Below the pieces are notes generated by a model. That model searched no databases and had not been told where the DNA came from. It was given only the letters and a program-made list of their open reading frames with translations. Positions 9,456 through 18,925 of a stretch of 59,654 nt of DNA are shown piece after piece. Location of the stretch: positions 1 to 59,654 of the forward strand of contig JAUWLT010000001.1 of the NCBI GenBank assembly GCA_030613515.1, given 5' to 3'. This DNA is from Desulfobulbaceae bacterium. GTDB lineage: Bacteria; Desulfobacterota; Desulfobulbia; Desulfobulbales; Desulfobulbaceae. Both the position numbers and the translations under genes were made by a program. Position 1 is the first letter of the stretch; every line of letters begins with the position of its first letter.

Positions 9456-9501
9456 GCAGGAGGCTTACAAATAGTCTTATTCTACAGGGACACAGCCAAG
9501 G

Positions 9502-11028
9502 TTATGGTTGTTGTGGCATATCTACTTTTTTTTGCTTGATCAGGAAGTATTTGAGCTGCTTGACAACTTCCATGTCAAGGCGTCCTTTACGGGCATTCTC
9601 TTCAACAATAGCCAGACTCTCGGCTCGGGAATTTGCCTTGCGGTAGGGACGTTTGGTGGTAAGGGCATCATACATATCAACAACAGCCATGATACGAACG
9701 GGCAGTGAAAGCTGATCACCACTCAATCCGTCCGGATATCCGGAACCATCAAGCCGTTCATGATGGTTCCGGATTATCTCCAGGGCGGCATCCAGGTTTT
9801 TCTGTAAAGGCAGGCAGATATTATAACCGGTCTGCACATGTTTCTTCATCACCTTCTGTTCATGGGAGGTAAGTCGTGAAGGTTTATTCAAGATTTGTCT
9901 TGGGATGCCTATTTTACCGATATCATGCAGCATGCTGCCAAGTTTGAGCGACTCCAGGTCATCCTTTTGCATGCCGAGCCGCTTGCCGATTTCCAGGGCC
10001 ATGCTCGCAACACGTTGGATATGTCCTTCATTGTATTTATGTGTTGCTTCAATGATATTAGCAAGAGAGATAAGAACGTTTTCAATACTGGTCAGGTTGC
10101 TGTTTACCTTCTTAATTCGTATCAATGACTGAACACGAGCCAGGAGTTCTTCACGGGCAGGGGGTTTGGTGAGAAAATCATTGACCCCCGCTTCAATCCC
10201 CTTAACCCTGGCTTCCACAGAATCAAGAGCGGTTATCAGGATAATGGGAATTACCCGGGTTGCCTCTGTCCGCTTCAGCAGAGAACAAACCTCATAGCCA
10301 TCCATACCCGGCATCATGATATCAAGCAGAATTAGATCGATGTCTTCGCGAACAACAACCTGCAATGCTTCTTCACCACTGGTCGCCTGGAATACATTGT
10401 AATTACTGGATGTGAGCAGAGCAGACAATAATGTAACATTTGCCGGTTCATCGTCTACTACAAGCACATTAGAAGACTGCTCTTTCTTGAACTTCGGTTC
10501 ATACTCCTCAGGCCAGAAAATCTTGCGGGTTGTTGACTCCTTTGCCTGGGCAAGCACATCTTCGGAGAGAAAGAGCAATGTCTCTTTAGTCGCTGCATTA
10601 CCGGGAAAGGAGACAATGCTCATACTCAAAGAGAAATTTGGCCCCAGAGTTTCAATTATTTCCCGGTGAATACGCGCGAGAACTTTTTTGGCTACAGGAA
10701 GGGTTATCTCGACAAGCAGCAGGGCAAACCGGTCTCCGGCAATACGGGCGGAAAGATCAGACTGTCGAACGCCACGACGTGTTATGATGCTGCCGATACC
10801 CTTAAGAAGAATGTCCCCTGCAAGCGAACCGTATTTATTATTGTAGCCCGTAAAATCGTCCACATCGAGTAGGGCAAGGACAAATGGAGATCCGTACCGC
10901 CGTGACCGTTCTATCTCGCGGTCCATACTCAGCTGAAAAAAACTGAGATCCATCAGGCCGGTCAAGCTGTCTTGACAGGTTGGTTGAACCTTGGACCTGT
11001 ATTCACTTTGTAATATTTTTTCCATCAC
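9502..11028 (-). CDS. degenerate GGDEF - REC - HD-GYP signalling protein (c-di-GMP phosphodiesterase type)
   Basis: The N-terminal GGDEF fold reads AGDRF in place of GGDEF but keeps RQSD five residues upstream. REC: VLVVDDEP...LLDIMMPGMDG. HD-GYP: MLHDIGK...HHERLDGSGYPDG. Confidence 0.85.
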   Translation of the reverse strand: MMEKILQSEYRSKVQPTCQDSLTGLMDLSFFQLSMDREIERSRRYGSPFVLALLDVDDFTGYNNKYGSLAGDILLKGIGSIITRRGVRQSDLSARIAGDRFALLLVEITLPVAKKVLARIHREIIETLGPNFSLSMSIVSFPGNAATKETLLFLSEDVLAQAKESTTRKIFWPEEYEPKFKKEQSSNVLVVDDEPANVTLLSALLTSSNYNVFQATSGEEALQVVVREDIDLILLDIMMPGMDGYEVCSLLKRTEATRVIPIILITALDSVEARVKGIEAGVNDFLTKPPAREELLARVQSLIRIKKVNSNLTSIENVLISLANIIEATHKYNEGHIQRVASMALEIGKRLGMQKDDLESLKLGSMLHDIGKIGIPRQILNKPSRLTSHEQKVMKKHVQTGYNICLPLQKNLDAALEIIRNHHERLDGSGYPDGLSGDQLSLPVRIMAVVDMYDALTTKRPYRKANSRAESLAIVEENARKGRLDMEVVKQLKYFLIKQKKVDMPQQP

Positions 11029-11035
11029 TAATGAT

Positions 11036-11065
11036 AGAATATCTGTTGAGAGGAACTGTTGTCAA
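11036..11065 (-). promoter_or_regulatory. candidate sigma70 promoter, possibly giving a leaderless or very short-leader mRNA
   Basis: On the minus strand: TTGACA (11065-11060), an 18-nt spacer, then TATTCT (11041-11036). The -10 element ends only about 8 nt before the GTG/ATG at 11028/11025. Confidence 0.35.
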
Positions 11066-11268
11066 GAAATAGCACATATTTTTGGCGAAATTAATATATT
11101 AATTTCATTTAATTATGATTCATTCTTTTTAAGGTTCCTGGTTTTCAAGTTGCAGATTCTATTTTTTTGTTTGTTTTGGTCATTCCTTAGCCGGGAAGTC
11201 ACTGTCTTGGAGAATTGTTAAAAATATTTTAAGGAAACACCAAACTTATTTTCAAGGGTGAGATTCGT

Positions 11269-14200
11269 TTATTCCATTGTGCGGCAGCTGTCTTCAAGCT
11301 TTTTCCATTGTTGTTCTAGCCTTTTCTCCGATACCGGAAATGCAGTGCCCAATTCCGATGCGAATATAGACACCCGGAACTCTTCAACCATGCGTCTATA
11401 CAGTGCAATTTCTTTGCGGCATGGTATGGAAAGTTTTTCTCTCTCATTGAGTTGCAGCAGTCGGTTCAGGACAGGTTGCAGCCGACGTGCCTTTTGTGAA
11501 TCTTTGAGGGGTGAATATTCCGCCCGCTCGATTCGCAGGGCCAGGGCTTGTAAATACCTTTTTTTATCCGTTATTTCATTTAATTGAATTGTTGTCAGAA
11601 AGTTGTGGGGAAGGAGTTTTTTGAGGAGCCCCTGGTACTCATCAAAACGGTTTTTGTCATAGCTCTTACTTTGAGCTGTCCGTTGTGTACACTGAGTCAG
11701 GGTGATTTGCACCTGCCTGCGCGTTGCCAGCAGGTCAAGGATCTGCTCAAGATATTTGTATGAGGCTTTGAGTATGCCGATCTGTTTGAGTTCACTGACC
11801 GTATTTTCAACCTGTTCCCTGTCCGGCAACTCACCAGATGATGTGTGAAAGAGTCCATCCAGAATACAGTTTGCCAGCATGTTTTTAATTTCTGCTGCTG
11901 TTGCCTGCATGCCAAGCGAGATCCAGGAGGCGGAATGGCCGGCGACGGCTGCCTTGCACTCTTTTTTGATGGCTTTGATTTCGCGGGGGAACTGCAGGCC
12001 GTACAGGAATCTGAGTCCAATCCTGTTCTTAAGGTGTGCCTGCTCAAAGTCATCAATATACTTCAGGGTCAAACTCTTCTTCTGCTCATCAACAAACAGG
12101 GCAGGGTAGTATATGCTGGTGATTCTTTTCTGTCGGTCCATCCTGGGAATGGGTTGAGGTGCTGTTGAAAATTCCCAGACCGTGATGTCGGATTTCTCAG
12201 GCAGCTCGCTTTGTTGTGTTGTGGAAACAGGTGATGCAGCTCGGGTGCAGTAGGTCATCAACTCATGAAAAGACCTGCTGCAATGTAGAGTTTTTCCTTT
12301 TTCGTCACAGAGCCGAAAGCGCATTCGCAGGTGAACCGGAAGGTTGTCAACCCGCCAGTCCTCCCGATTGATGGTGACCTGGAACCGGCGAAAAATGACT
12401 TGCTCCAGGGCCGGATAGAGTGAGCCCTGGTAAAGATCTAAACCGTCCATGATGCGATCAACAGCAATCGGCAGAGGGACAAACAGCTTGCGAAGTCGTT
12501 TGGGCAGACCTTTAAGCAGGGAGAAAATCTTTTCCTGCAGCAGGCCGGGCACAAGCCATTCAAACAGGGCAGAGGACAGGGCAGGGTAATATTGAACCGG
12601 AATATCCACAGTGACACCATCTTCTTCATGGCCGGGCTGAAATTGGTAATGGAGTTTCAGCGTACCCCGGCCGGTCTGCAGGACGACCGGGAAGCGATAC
12701 AATTCGTCACTGTCAGGAAGTGTCCGGCAAATATCCTCTTCATCCATCCACAGGAACCGGTCTGATTTTTTCTTTTTCAGAAATCGGTTCAGGGTAAAAC
12801 GGTCATAGATGTTAGCCAGCCGTTTATCATAAAAATCATACAGCACCTGGTCATCCATCATGATACCGCGTCTGCGCAGTCGTTCCTCCATGTCTGCAAA
12901 ACGGCGGGCCAGATCAAGGTTGTGCTGCAGAAAGGGGTAACTGCCACCGAGTTCGCCGTTTATCAGGGCCTGCCGGATAAATATTTCCCGCGCTTCACGT
13001 CCGGTTTCTTTATTGATCCTGCCATAGTTAACCCGGCGACCGGCTGTAAGAATAAGGCCGAACAAGGTTACCTTTTCAAGGGCCGTCACCTGACCTGCCT
13101 TTTTCCGCCAGTGTGGATCCGACCAGGACCGTTTGCAGAGATCCCCGCCCAGCCGTTCCAGCCAGTTCACATCAATAGATGCCACCACCCGGGCAAAGAG
13201 CTGGGAGGTGTGTACAAAATCAGCAGCCACAATCCACTGGGTGCCGTGATTATACAGACCGGAGCCGGGAAACAGGATCACCTCCCGGTTGCCGCTGACC
13301 TGGTAGCTGTTCTTTTTTTTGCGCATGCCGATATTGCGCAGGAAACCAGCGGTCAATGCCTGGTGGATGGCTGCAGGCTGTGCAGGTTTTGTGTTGATGT
13401 TAAAGCCCTTGTGCTGTTTTAGAATGCGTAAGATCTGGTCATGGATATCAAACCATTCCCGCATCCGCTGCCAGGAACAAAAGTTTGTTTTGCAGAATTT
13501 TCGTAAGCCTGCAGCGGGATGTTTACCCTGCATGGCGCTTTTGCAACTGTCCCAGATGTTGACAAAGGTGATAACATCAGATCCGGGCTGGTTGAATTTG
13601 CGGTGGGCCGCCTCTGCCTTTTCAATCTTGTCAGCAGGCCGAATGCGGGGATCCTGGATGGCAAGGACTGCGGCAATAACAGTAACTTCGCGCAGTGCGC
13701 CAAGCTTTTCTCCCTCAATAATCATCCGTGAAATTCTCGGATCCAGAGGTAATCCGGCCATGATCCTGCCACGTTTGGTAAGGTGATGGTCAGTCGTAAT
13801 CGCGCCAAGCTCACGCAGGATACGATAACCGTCATTAATTGCCCTGGCCTCCGGGGGATCAACAAAGGGAAATTTACGTGGATCACCCAGTCGCAGGGAG
13901 ATCATCTGCAGGATGACCTCAGCCAGATTGGAACGAAGGATTTCAGGCAAAATGAACTCCGGACGCGACAGGTAATCCTCTTCACTGTATAGCCGGATGC
14001 AGGTTCCCGGCCGGGTCCTGCCGCAACGTCCGGCCCGTTGATCACAGCTTGCCCTGGATATCCTGGACACGGGCAGGCTGGTTGTTCCTGCCCTGACATT
14101 ATAGCGGGCAATCCGGGCCACGCCGGTATCCACTACTGCCAGTATGCCCGGAACCGTGATCGATGTTTCCGCCACGTTGGTGGCAACAATGATTTTACGA

Positions 14201-15015
14201 AGTTGTGAGGGTTGAAAGATTTTACGTTGATCAGCACCGTGCAGGCGACCGAACAGAGGCAGGACCAGAGCCGGGTTCTGTAACTTTTTTTTGAGTAGTT
14301 CCACCGTGTCCAGGATATCCCGTTCCGTGGGCATAAAAACCAGGATGTCGCCACCCCCGGGATTGTCGGCAAGGGAGATAACCTCGCTGGTAGCCTGTTC
14401 CACCATGGTCTGTTCATTGTTCACGGTTGCGGTATCCGGCTCGTGGTAGCGAAAGGTAACAGGATAGGTGCGGCCTGATACCTGGATGACAGGTGCATTG
14501 CTGAAATGACGACTGAATTTTTCCGTATCAATAGTGGCTGAAGAGATGATCATTTTCAGATCTTTTCGTGATTTCAGTAACTGATGGAGGTATCCCAGCA
14601 GGAAATCAATGTTCAGGCTTCGCTCATGGGCCTCGTCAATGATAATGGTATCATACTGTGCCAGGTTGCGGTCACTTCTGGTCTCAGCCAGCAGGATACC
14701 ATCGGTCATGAACTTGATTTTCGTATCTGCCCCAGTGTGGTCATGAAAACGGATCTTGTAACCAACCAGAGCGGACGCACCCAGTTCTTCTCGTACCCGG
14801 TCAGCCATTGAAACCGCAGCAATGCGACGCGGCTGAGTACAGCCGATGATGCCCTGTCTGCCACGGCCAGCCTCAAGGCACATTTTGGGCAGCTGAGTAG
14901 TCTTACCCGAGCCGGTATCACCGGCAATGACCACCACCTGATGCTCCTGTACTGTTTTGACAATGTCAGCTCTTCTGGTTGAGATAGGCAGGATTTCAGG
15001 ATAGTGGAGTTGCAT
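11269..15015 (-). CDS. hrpA: ATP-dependent RNA helicase HrpA (DEAH box)
   Basis: 1248 aa. GDTGSGKTTQ, IIIDEAHERS, SATID, QRAGRCGR, and the long HrpA-type C-terminal region. Confidence 0.95.
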   Translation of the reverse strand: MQLHYPEILPISTRRADIVKTVQEHQVVVIAGDTGSGKTTQLPKMCLEAGRGRQGIIGCTQPRRIAAVSMADRVREELGASALVGYKIRFHDHTGADTKIKFMTDGILLAETRSDRNLAQYDTIIIDEAHERSLNIDFLLGYLHQLLKSRKDLKMIISSATIDTEKFSRHFSNAPVIQVSGRTYPVTFRYHEPDTATVNNEQTMVEQATSEVISLADNPGGGDILVFMPTERDILDTVELLKKKLQNPALVLPLFGRLHGADQRKIFQPSQLRKIIVATNVAETSITVPGILAVVDTGVARIARYNVRAGTTSLPVSRISRASCDQRAGRCGRTRPGTCIRLYSEEDYLSRPEFILPEILRSNLAEVILQMISLRLGDPRKFPFVDPPEARAINDGYRILRELGAITTDHHLTKRGRIMAGLPLDPRISRMIIEGEKLGALREVTVIAAVLAIQDPRIRPADKIEKAEAAHRKFNQPGSDVITFVNIWDSCKSAMQGKHPAAGLRKFCKTNFCSWQRMREWFDIHDQILRILKQHKGFNINTKPAQPAAIHQALTAGFLRNIGMRKKKNSYQVSGNREVILFPGSGLYNHGTQWIVAADFVHTSQLFARVVASIDVNWLERLGGDLCKRSWSDPHWRKKAGQVTALEKVTLFGLILTAGRRVNYGRINKETGREAREIFIRQALINGELGGSYPFLQHNLDLARRFADMEERLRRRGIMMDDQVLYDFYDKRLANIYDRFTLNRFLKKKKSDRFLWMDEEDICRTLPDSDELYRFPVVLQTGRGTLKLHYQFQPGHEEDGVTVDIPVQYYPALSSALFEWLVPGLLQEKIFSLLKGLPKRLRKLFVPLPIAVDRIMDGLDLYQGSLYPALEQVIFRRFQVTINREDWRVDNLPVHLRMRFRLCDEKGKTLHCSRSFHELMTYCTRAASPVSTTQQSELPEKSDITVWEFSTAPQPIPRMDRQKRITSIYYPALFVDEQKKSLTLKYIDDFEQAHLKNRIGLRFLYGLQFPREIKAIKKECKAAVAGHSASWISLGMQATAAEIKNMLANCILDGLFHTSSGELPDREQVENTVSELKQIGILKASYKYLEQILDLLATRRQVQITLTQCTQRTAQSKSYDKNRFDEYQGLLKKLLPHNFLTTIQLNEITDKKRYLQALALRIERAEYSPLKDSQKARRLQPVLNRLLQLNEREKLSIPCRKEIALYRRMVEEFRVSIFASELGTAFPVSEKRLEQQWKKLEDSCRTME

Positions 15016-15128
15016 GGGAAAATATAATTTTCTTCGACAGGTTAGTGGGGAATGTGTAAGATATGGGGAAGTACTTTATACAGTAAATCATTCAGGAAAA
15101 CACTTCAAAAAGGAACAGAGAGGAGAGG

Positions 15129-16013
15129 ATGAAGAGAATCCGTAAGGCCGTAATTCCGGTGGCCGGTATGGGCACCAGATTCTTACCGGCCACCAAGTCT
15201 ATCCCTAAAGAGATGCTCACCATTGTTGACCGGCCTACCATCCAGTACATTGTGGAGGAAGTGGTTGCCTCAGGAGTTGATGCGGTCGTCCTGATCACCT
15301 CGGAAGGCAAGTCGGCTATTGAAAATCATTTTGACTACAATTTCCAGCTTGACACCGTCCTGAGACAGAAAAATAAGCGTGCATTACGAGATGAATTGAC
15401 TACGATCTCCAACCTGATCGATATTGTTTCAGTGCGCCAGAAGGAGCCCCTGGGGCTCGGCCACGCTATCTGGATGGCCCGCAACGTGATCGGTGATGAG
15501 CCTTTTCTGGTACTGCTTGGTGATGATCTTGTGCGCAGTAAAAAACCCTGTTGCCGCCAGATGATCGACCTGTATAACCAAGTCAAAGAGTCCATTGTCG
15601 CTATCCAGCGAGTCCCCATGGACCAGACCTTTCAGTACGGGATTGTTGAAGGGATGGAGACCGAGTTTGACCGCACTTATAAGGTTAAGCGGATGGTTGA
15701 AAAACCGGCTCCCGGCACCTCTGACTCGGATATGGCCATTATTGGCCGCTACCTGCTGATGCCGGAAATATTTGATTTCCTGGGCACAACTACCCCGGGC
15801 CATGGCGGTGAAATTCAGCTCACCGACGCCCTGCTGGCACTGTCCAACCGGCGCGGTATGTATGCTTACGAGTTTGAGGGAAAACGTTACGATGCCGGTG
15901 ATAAACTCGGCTATTTGAAGGCTATTGTCGATATCGGCCTGGAGCACCCCACTCTGGGTGGTCCTCTCAGGGAGCATCTGAATTCCATTTGCAGTTCCAA
16001 AGACTGTTGCTGA
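15129..16013 (+). CDS. galU: UTP--glucose-1-phosphate uridylyltransferase
   Basis: KAVIPVAGMGTRFLPATKSIPKEML...VEKP motif; 294 aa. Confidence 0.93.
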   Translation: MKRIRKAVIPVAGMGTRFLPATKSIPKEMLTIVDRPTIQYIVEEVVASGVDAVVLITSEGKSAIENHFDYNFQLDTVLRQKNKRALRDELTTISNLIDIVSVRQKEPLGLGHAIWMARNVIGDEPFLVLLGDDLVRSKKPCCRQMIDLYNQVKESIVAIQRVPMDQTFQYGIVEGMETEFDRTYKVKRMVEKPAPGTSDSDMAIIGRYLLMPEIFDFLGTTTPGHGGEIQLTDALLALSNRRGMYAYEFEGKRYDAGDKLGYLKAIVDIGLEHPTLGGPLREHLNSICSSKDCC

Positions 16014-16014
16014 T

Positions 16015-16066
16015 AAAAGGAATAGTGAAAAGGAATAGTGAAAAGGAAAAGTGAAGAGGAACAGTG
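16015..16066. repeat. four tandem 13-bp purine-rich repeats (AAAAGGAATAGTG x2, AAAAGGAAAAGTG, AAGAGGAACAGTG)
   Basis: Read directly from the sequence, starting immediately after the galU stop. A partly complementary pyrimidine tract lies at 16085-16101. Confidence 0.85.
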
Positions 16067-16166
16067 GGAAAGATGGACACTCATTTTTTCCTTCTTCCTC
16101 TATATCGGCAATAATTATGCGCTATAACATGCACAATGTAGTGGCTGTGATCACGTATATTGTTCT

Positions 16167-18656
16167 ATGAAGCTGTATGAAGTCGCGGTTGCTGCTCCCC
16201 TTTTTGATAGTCTGACGTATGGCCAGCCAGCAGGAGTTACCGACACTCTACCGGCTGGTATCCGGGTGCTGGTGCCGCTGGGAAACCGGCTGGTTACCGG
16301 TTATCTCCTTGGTCCGGCTGCAAAAGACGCAGACGGTTCTACCTTCCAGGTAAAAGAAATTGTTGACCTGCTTGACCCTGACCCGCTTTTTCCTGAACAC
16401 CTGATTCCTTTTTTTCGCTGGATTGCAGACTATTATCACCATCCGCTGGGCGAGGTGATCCGAACCGGACTGCCCGGTGGTTTGATCGTCAGATCCGGTC
16501 GTGAAGTTGTGTTGACTGATTCCGGCCGACAGCACCTGCCGGATGCGCTGTTAGCGGTTAAGAAACAGGCTGCCTGGATGCAGCGGTTACTGGATAAAGG
16601 GATGTTGCTGCCTGGAACCGTTAATACTGTCTGGCGAAAACCGGCTATGCAGCGGCTGCTCAAAAAATGGCAGCAAGCCGGCTGGCTTGAAATACAAGAA
16701 GTGATTGTTGAACCTAAGGTCAAAGCCAAGACCCGGACCATGGTCAATCTCTCTTCCACACTCCAGGAGCAGCTTGCCGGCTACAAGACAAAAAATCCTG
16801 AACAGTTGCCGGAGGTTGCCGATGGGCTGAAAAAGTCAGAGCACAAGACCCTGGCGCTTTTCTTCAAACACTGTGACGGCCGCACTGCACTGCCGCGACC
16901 TGAACTGACCAGACGCTATTCCGGAGCGGGTAAGGCCCTGCATGGGCTTGTCGACCGTGGACTGGTTACCTTGGAAGAGCAACGCTGTTACCGGGATCCA
17001 TTTGGTTGTGTTCCCCCATTTTTTGCCAGACCGGAAATCCTTACCCAAGAGCAGAAAAATGTTATTCATGAACTGATTGCAGCTGTTGACAGGGAGAAAT
17101 TTCAGCCCTATCTGCTCTTTGGCGTAACCGGATGCGGTAAAACAGAAGTGTATCTTCGGGCAACGGAACGTTGTCTTGATTTGGCTAAAACCGTGTTGGT
17201 ACTGGTGCCGGAGATTGCTCTTGCCTCCCAGGTTGAAGCTCATTTTTATTCTCGTTTCGGTAATACTCTGGCTGTCCTGCACAGCGGACTGACTGCTGGT
17301 GAACGTTTTGATCAGTGGCAACGGATTCTTCAAAAAAAGGCTTGCATTGTTATCGGAGCCCGTTCAGCTGTGTTTGCGCCGCTTGCCGATCTGGGCCTGG
17401 TGATTGTGGATGAAGAGCATGAACCAGCCTATAAACAGGATGACGGCCTGCGCTACAACGGCCGTGACATCGCCGTGCTGCGAGCCCGCTTTGCAGACTG
17501 TCCGGTTATTCTCGGTTCTGCTACCCCCTCTGTTACCAGTTTCCATCATACCAGTAGTGGAAAATATCAATTGTTGACCATGCGCCGGCGGGTGAATGAC
17601 CAGGCCATGCCTGAAGTGGAAATTGTTGATCTCGGCAGTAAAAAAAGGGAACGGCCGGACCTGTTTTTTTCCGATCAGCTCACTGCCGCCCTGCATGAAA
17701 ACATGGAAAAACGACTGCAAAGCCTGCTCTTTGTCAACCGGCGCGGCTATGCATCCTTTATGCTCTGCCGAGACTGCGGCCATATTATCGAGTGCCGCCA
17801 CTGCAAGGTATCGTTAACTCATCACCGGCACAGCAACAGGCTGATCTGCCATTACTGTGGGTATTCAATTCCCCTAAACATTATCTGTCCCGCTTGTCGT
17901 TCAAATTCCGTTGTCGGGCTGGGCATCGGTTCTGAACGTATCGAGGCAGAGGTTCGCCAGTTGATTCCCCATGCCAGGGTTGCCCGGCTGGACAGCGACA
18001 CCACAACAGACCGAAAAAAATATATGGCCATTCTCCAGCAGGTGCGTAACCATGAAGTGGATATACTGATCGGTACCCAGATGGTGGCCAAGGGGCTTCA
18101 TTTTCCCTTGATGACCCTGGTCGGGGTGGTCTGGGCGGACAGTGGACTGGGCATGCCTGATTACAAAGCCTCGGAACGGACCTTCCAGTTGCTTGCCCAG
18201 GTAACCGGCAGGGCAGGGCGGGGTGAACATGCAGGTAAGGTAATCATACAGACCCATCAGCCTGGCCATTATGCCATTGATTTCGCCAGGCGTCATGATT
18301 ATGAAAAACTTTATGAGCAGGAAATAAATCTGCGCGCAAGTCTTAATTACCCGCCTTTTTCAAGGTTAGCCAATATAAAGTTCAGCGGTGAAAACGAAGA
18401 GTCGGTTGCGGCAACTGCAAAAGACGTGGCTCGTTTTTTGCGAACTGTAGTTAGCTCAGCGGAGATTGAGATATTGGGACCGGCACCAGCCCCGCTGGCC
18501 AGGATAAAAAACCGCTATCGCTGGCAGTTGCTTCTTAAAAGCAGAGATTTTTTGACGCTGCATGCGGTTTGTGATCAGCTGCTTGCTGAAAAAAACCGTC
18601 TCTGCAGCACAGGGGTCAGGATGGGGCTTGATGTAGATCCTGAAAATATGATGTGA
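16167..18656 (+). CDS. priA: primosomal replication-restart helicase PriA
   Basis: 829 aa. GVTGCGKTE, VDEEHE, and the Cys-rich zinc insert CRDCGHIIECRHCKVSLTHH...CHYCG...CPACRS. Confidence 0.95.
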   Translation: MKLYEVAVAAPLFDSLTYGQPAGVTDTLPAGIRVLVPLGNRLVTGYLLGPAAKDADGSTFQVKEIVDLLDPDPLFPEHLIPFFRWIADYYHHPLGEVIRTGLPGGLIVRSGREVVLTDSGRQHLPDALLAVKKQAAWMQRLLDKGMLLPGTVNTVWRKPAMQRLLKKWQQAGWLEIQEVIVEPKVKAKTRTMVNLSSTLQEQLAGYKTKNPEQLPEVADGLKKSEHKTLALFFKHCDGRTALPRPELTRRYSGAGKALHGLVDRGLVTLEEQRCYRDPFGCVPPFFARPEILTQEQKNVIHELIAAVDREKFQPYLLFGVTGCGKTEVYLRATERCLDLAKTVLVLVPEIALASQVEAHFYSRFGNTLAVLHSGLTAGERFDQWQRILQKKACIVIGARSAVFAPLADLGLVIVDEEHEPAYKQDDGLRYNGRDIAVLRARFADCPVILGSATPSVTSFHHTSSGKYQLLTMRRRVNDQAMPEVEIVDLGSKKRERPDLFFSDQLTAALHENMEKRLQSLLFVNRRGYASFMLCRDCGHIIECRHCKVSLTHHRHSNRLICHYCGYSIPLNIICPACRSNSVVGLGIGSERIEAEVRQLIPHARVARLDSDTTTDRKKYMAILQQVRNHEVDILIGTQMVAKGLHFPLMTLVGVVWADSGLGMPDYKASERTFQLLAQVTGRAGRGEHAGKVIIQTHQPGHYAIDFARRHDYEKLYEQEINLRASLNYPPFSRLANIKFSGENEESVAATAKDVARFLRTVVSSAEIEILGPAPAPLARIKNRYRWQLLLKSRDFLTLHAVCDQLLAEKNRLCSTGVRMGLDVDPENMM

Positions 18657-18726
18657 AAAGGGAAAAAATGTATTAGTTCACCGCCGAGGTGCAACCAATT
18701 TGGTCAAACCTCCGAACGGAAAAAGT

Positions 18727-18820
18727 TTACCAGTACCCTTAGCTGTGCGTGATCAAGCCCTTCAATTATACTCCCTGTATATTGCTGGGCTTGAGCGCGT
18801 GCAGATGAGGGTACTGGTAA
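18727..18820 (+). other. long composite hairpin (candidate small RNA or priA 3' element)
   Basis: A 13-bp perfect outer stem (18727-18739 with 18808-18820), a 5x5 internal loop, and a 16-bp inner stem (18745-18760 with 18787-18802). The inner stem has three G-U pairs valid only on the + strand, one mismatch, and a 26-nt loop. Confidence 0.35.
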
Positions 18821-18837
18821 TCTTTTACAAGAAAGAA

Positions 18838-18882
18838 GTACCCCGGCAGGAAAAAAGGAGGGGGGGAAACCTGCCAGGGTAC
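18838..18882 (-). terminator. intrinsic terminator of the zraP-like gene
   Basis: A 13-bp stem (18838-18850 with 18870-18882). Its single non-canonical pair is G-U on the minus strand. On that strand it is followed by UUCUUUCUUG, 44 nt past the stop codon. Confidence 0.5.
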
Positions 18883-18925
18883 TTACTTACAACTTCTGCA
18901 TGAAAATAGTCTCCTGACTTGTAGT

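Noticed and set aside
9383-9501. B12 riboswitch or NikR operator upstream of cbiM
   Set aside because: Only ~120 nt separate cbiM from the upstream stop, too short for a cobalamin riboswitch, and there is no B12 box. One GTGTTAC/GTAACAC half-site is present (about 9437-9443), but no inverted partner lies at 13-16 nt spacing.
16015-16066. Possible CRISPR array
   Set aside because: The 13-bp units are directly abutting with no spacers and are far shorter than CRISPR repeats. This is a simple tandem repeat.
18700-18903. 67-aa + strand ORF between priA and the zraP-like gene
   Set aside because: It spans two strong hairpins, has no RBS, and has an odd composition. It is most likely non-coding.
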